Source: a virus. Taken from it: DNA of 64,000 nucleotides. The notes below the pieces were generated by a model. The model did not search any database. It was not told the origin of the DNA and was given only the letters and a program-made list of their open reading frames with translations. The DNA lies in IMG/VR virus record IMGVR_UViG_3300006735_000022, positions 20,936-84,935 of that record; one strand, 5' to 3'. The position numbers were made by a program, and so were the translations under genes. Positions 62,739-64,000 of this stretch are shown here, piece by piece. Each line of letters begins with the position of its first letter. Position 1 is the stretch's first letter.

Positions 62739-64000
62739 TAGAATCCAATGTCCTCCCCGGTAATTTCGTCCAGTAATGGGGCAAATCCATCACCATCCGT
62801 ACTGAGGTCAAATATGGATGAGTTTCCAAGTAACTCCCCTTGAAGCTTTCCGGGGGAATCGTAATCTTCACGGAAGAGGGGAGTTAGTTCTGTAAAATTC
62901 AAGATCATTGTTGACCTAACAGGTTGAGAAAAAACATTTTGATCATAATATGATTGATAGACACCTTGATCGGTAAAGTTTACTCCAACTTGTGTTAGTG
63001 CACATATCTTATGTATGGGGAGTGATTTGATTCTTCTTACATTGTTGAAATAACCAATCCTAAAAACATCCGGAGATCCTAAGAAAATAGTATCAGATTT
63101 ACTGCCACCAGAACCTAAAGAAAACGGTAACATACCTTCTTTGAAGAATCTTTGGATAGCATTTATTTGTCTAGCATCCTCCTCACTGTTTGGTGCAAAG
63201 TCATATCTGAAAACGAAGTTTCTAAGTTTAGGTCCCTGGAATAACAACTCCAGATTGGGGTTTAGCACTTGTCCCGATTGTCGGGCAATAAATTGTGCAG
63301 GATCTACATTGATGCCAATTTTGCTCAGTAGCATTTTGGATAGGGCACCAGAAAGAGCTGTATTCACTCCACTTCCTTTTTGTCCTGCAGCATTAGCAAT
63401 GGTTGATGTTATGGCGCTGGCATCCTTCAACGCATCAGTTACAAATTTGAAAAGATTTGTATTGCCGTCTAGAGCTTTAGTTACTGCCTTGTTAGTGGCC
63501 ATAAACATTCCGGCCTCAAGGACGTTTGCCTGGGCTTGTCCCCATTGAACTCCTTGAGATGCTTGTAAATCATTGGGAATTGGTAGTTTTACCACTCCTT
63601 CAAATTTCTTCAGATTAGTGCCTCGTCGCAAACCACTTTGTAGAACACCAGAAGCATCCCTACCGTCTTTTTGTGGTGGTTGATATTGAAATCTTTCGAT
63701 TTTCATATAGTCCTGCTGACCCCTAAGCTGATACAATGCATCAGAGGGATATTGGAATGATTTTATTGTAGTATCTTGGGTAGGAACTAATGGAGTATTC
63801 TCTTCAGCAATCGCTTCTTGATTAGTTACCGGTTCAGGATCAGTTCTAACTGCATCAAGAAGACTATCCAATTGAGCTAATTGTATATTTGGCATCAATG
63901 ATGATACAGCGTCACTATATTCGCTATTACTACCTTGTTGTGCTAACCTTTGTAGGGATATTGGTGTATTTGGATCATTAGAAGTATTCAAAAATGCAAA
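62738..64000 (-). CDS. gp48: baseplate tail-tube cap (5' end beyond the window)
   Basis: LPIPNDL, NPNLELLFQGPKLRNF.F...F.P, CALT..VNF, L.FTEL.P; frame open to the window edge. Confidence 0.82.
   Translation of the reverse strand, partial: FAFLNTSNDPNTPISLQRLAQQGSNSEYSDAVSSLMPNIQLAQLDSLLDAVRTDPEPVTNQEAIAEENTPLVPTQDTTIKSFQYPSDALYQLRGQQDYMKIERFQYQPPQKDGRDASGVLQSGLRRGTNLKKFEGVVKLPIPNDLQASQGVQWGQAQANVLEAGMFMATNKAVTKALDGNTNLFKFVTDALKDASAITSTIANAAGQKGSGVNTALSGALSKMLLSKIGINVDPAQFIARQSGQVLNPNLELLFQGPKLRNFVFRYDFAPNSEEDARQINAIQRFFKEGMLPFSLGSGGSKSDTIFLGSPDVFRIGYFNNVRRIKSLPIHKICALTQVGVNFTDQGVYQSYYDQNVFSQPVRSTMILNFTELTPLFREDYDSPGKLQGELLGNSSIFDLSTDGDGFAPLLDEITGEDIGF

Noticed and set aside
1-64000. tRNA or rRNA genes
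   Set aside because: No cloverleaf with a T-loop consensus seen in the few intergenic gaps by eye; tRNAscan-SE would be definitive

Overview
A 64-kb segment of a large T4-like marine cyanomyovirus, most likely infecting Synechococcus. Core T4-type genes: primase gp61, class Ia nrdA/nrdB, glutaredoxin, thyX, phoH, exonuclease, gp33, gp59, gp32, and baseplate gp53/gp48 on the minus strand at the right end. Auxiliary metabolic genes: zwf, gnd, talC, psbA, psbD, petE, petF and a tiny ndhP missed by the ORF track. A ~19-kb translationally coupled glycan operon (22.1-41.0 kb) encodes NDP-sugar enzymes, about eight glycosyltransferases and six tandem DUF616 (TOD1/MUCI70-like) domains. Scattered tailoring enzymes: 3 radical SAM proteins, a split carbamoyltransferase (2 N + 1 C modules), an amidinotransferase, six 2OG-Fe(II) oxygenases, a PP-loop protein and an SGNH hydrolase. 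Non-coding features: a PhotoRC-II-like leader on psbA, a tandem glutamine-riboswitch-like element with an upstream NtcA box, a candidate late sRNA, several sigma70 and T4 late promoters, and a three-copy A-tract repeat. Best novelty candidates: (1) a minus-strand cassette of two secreted beta-rich proteins plus a protein resembling a single TolC half-repeat that lacks a canonical start codon; (2) a complete 54-codon ORF nested in a riboswitch stem-loop, within an NtcA/riboswitch/DUF4278 module that parallels host gifB control; (3) internal-head polyprotein-like genes with T4 capsid-targeting N-termini; (4) the split carbamoyltransferase/radical SAM set. All family assignments are from motifs read by eye; no searches were run.
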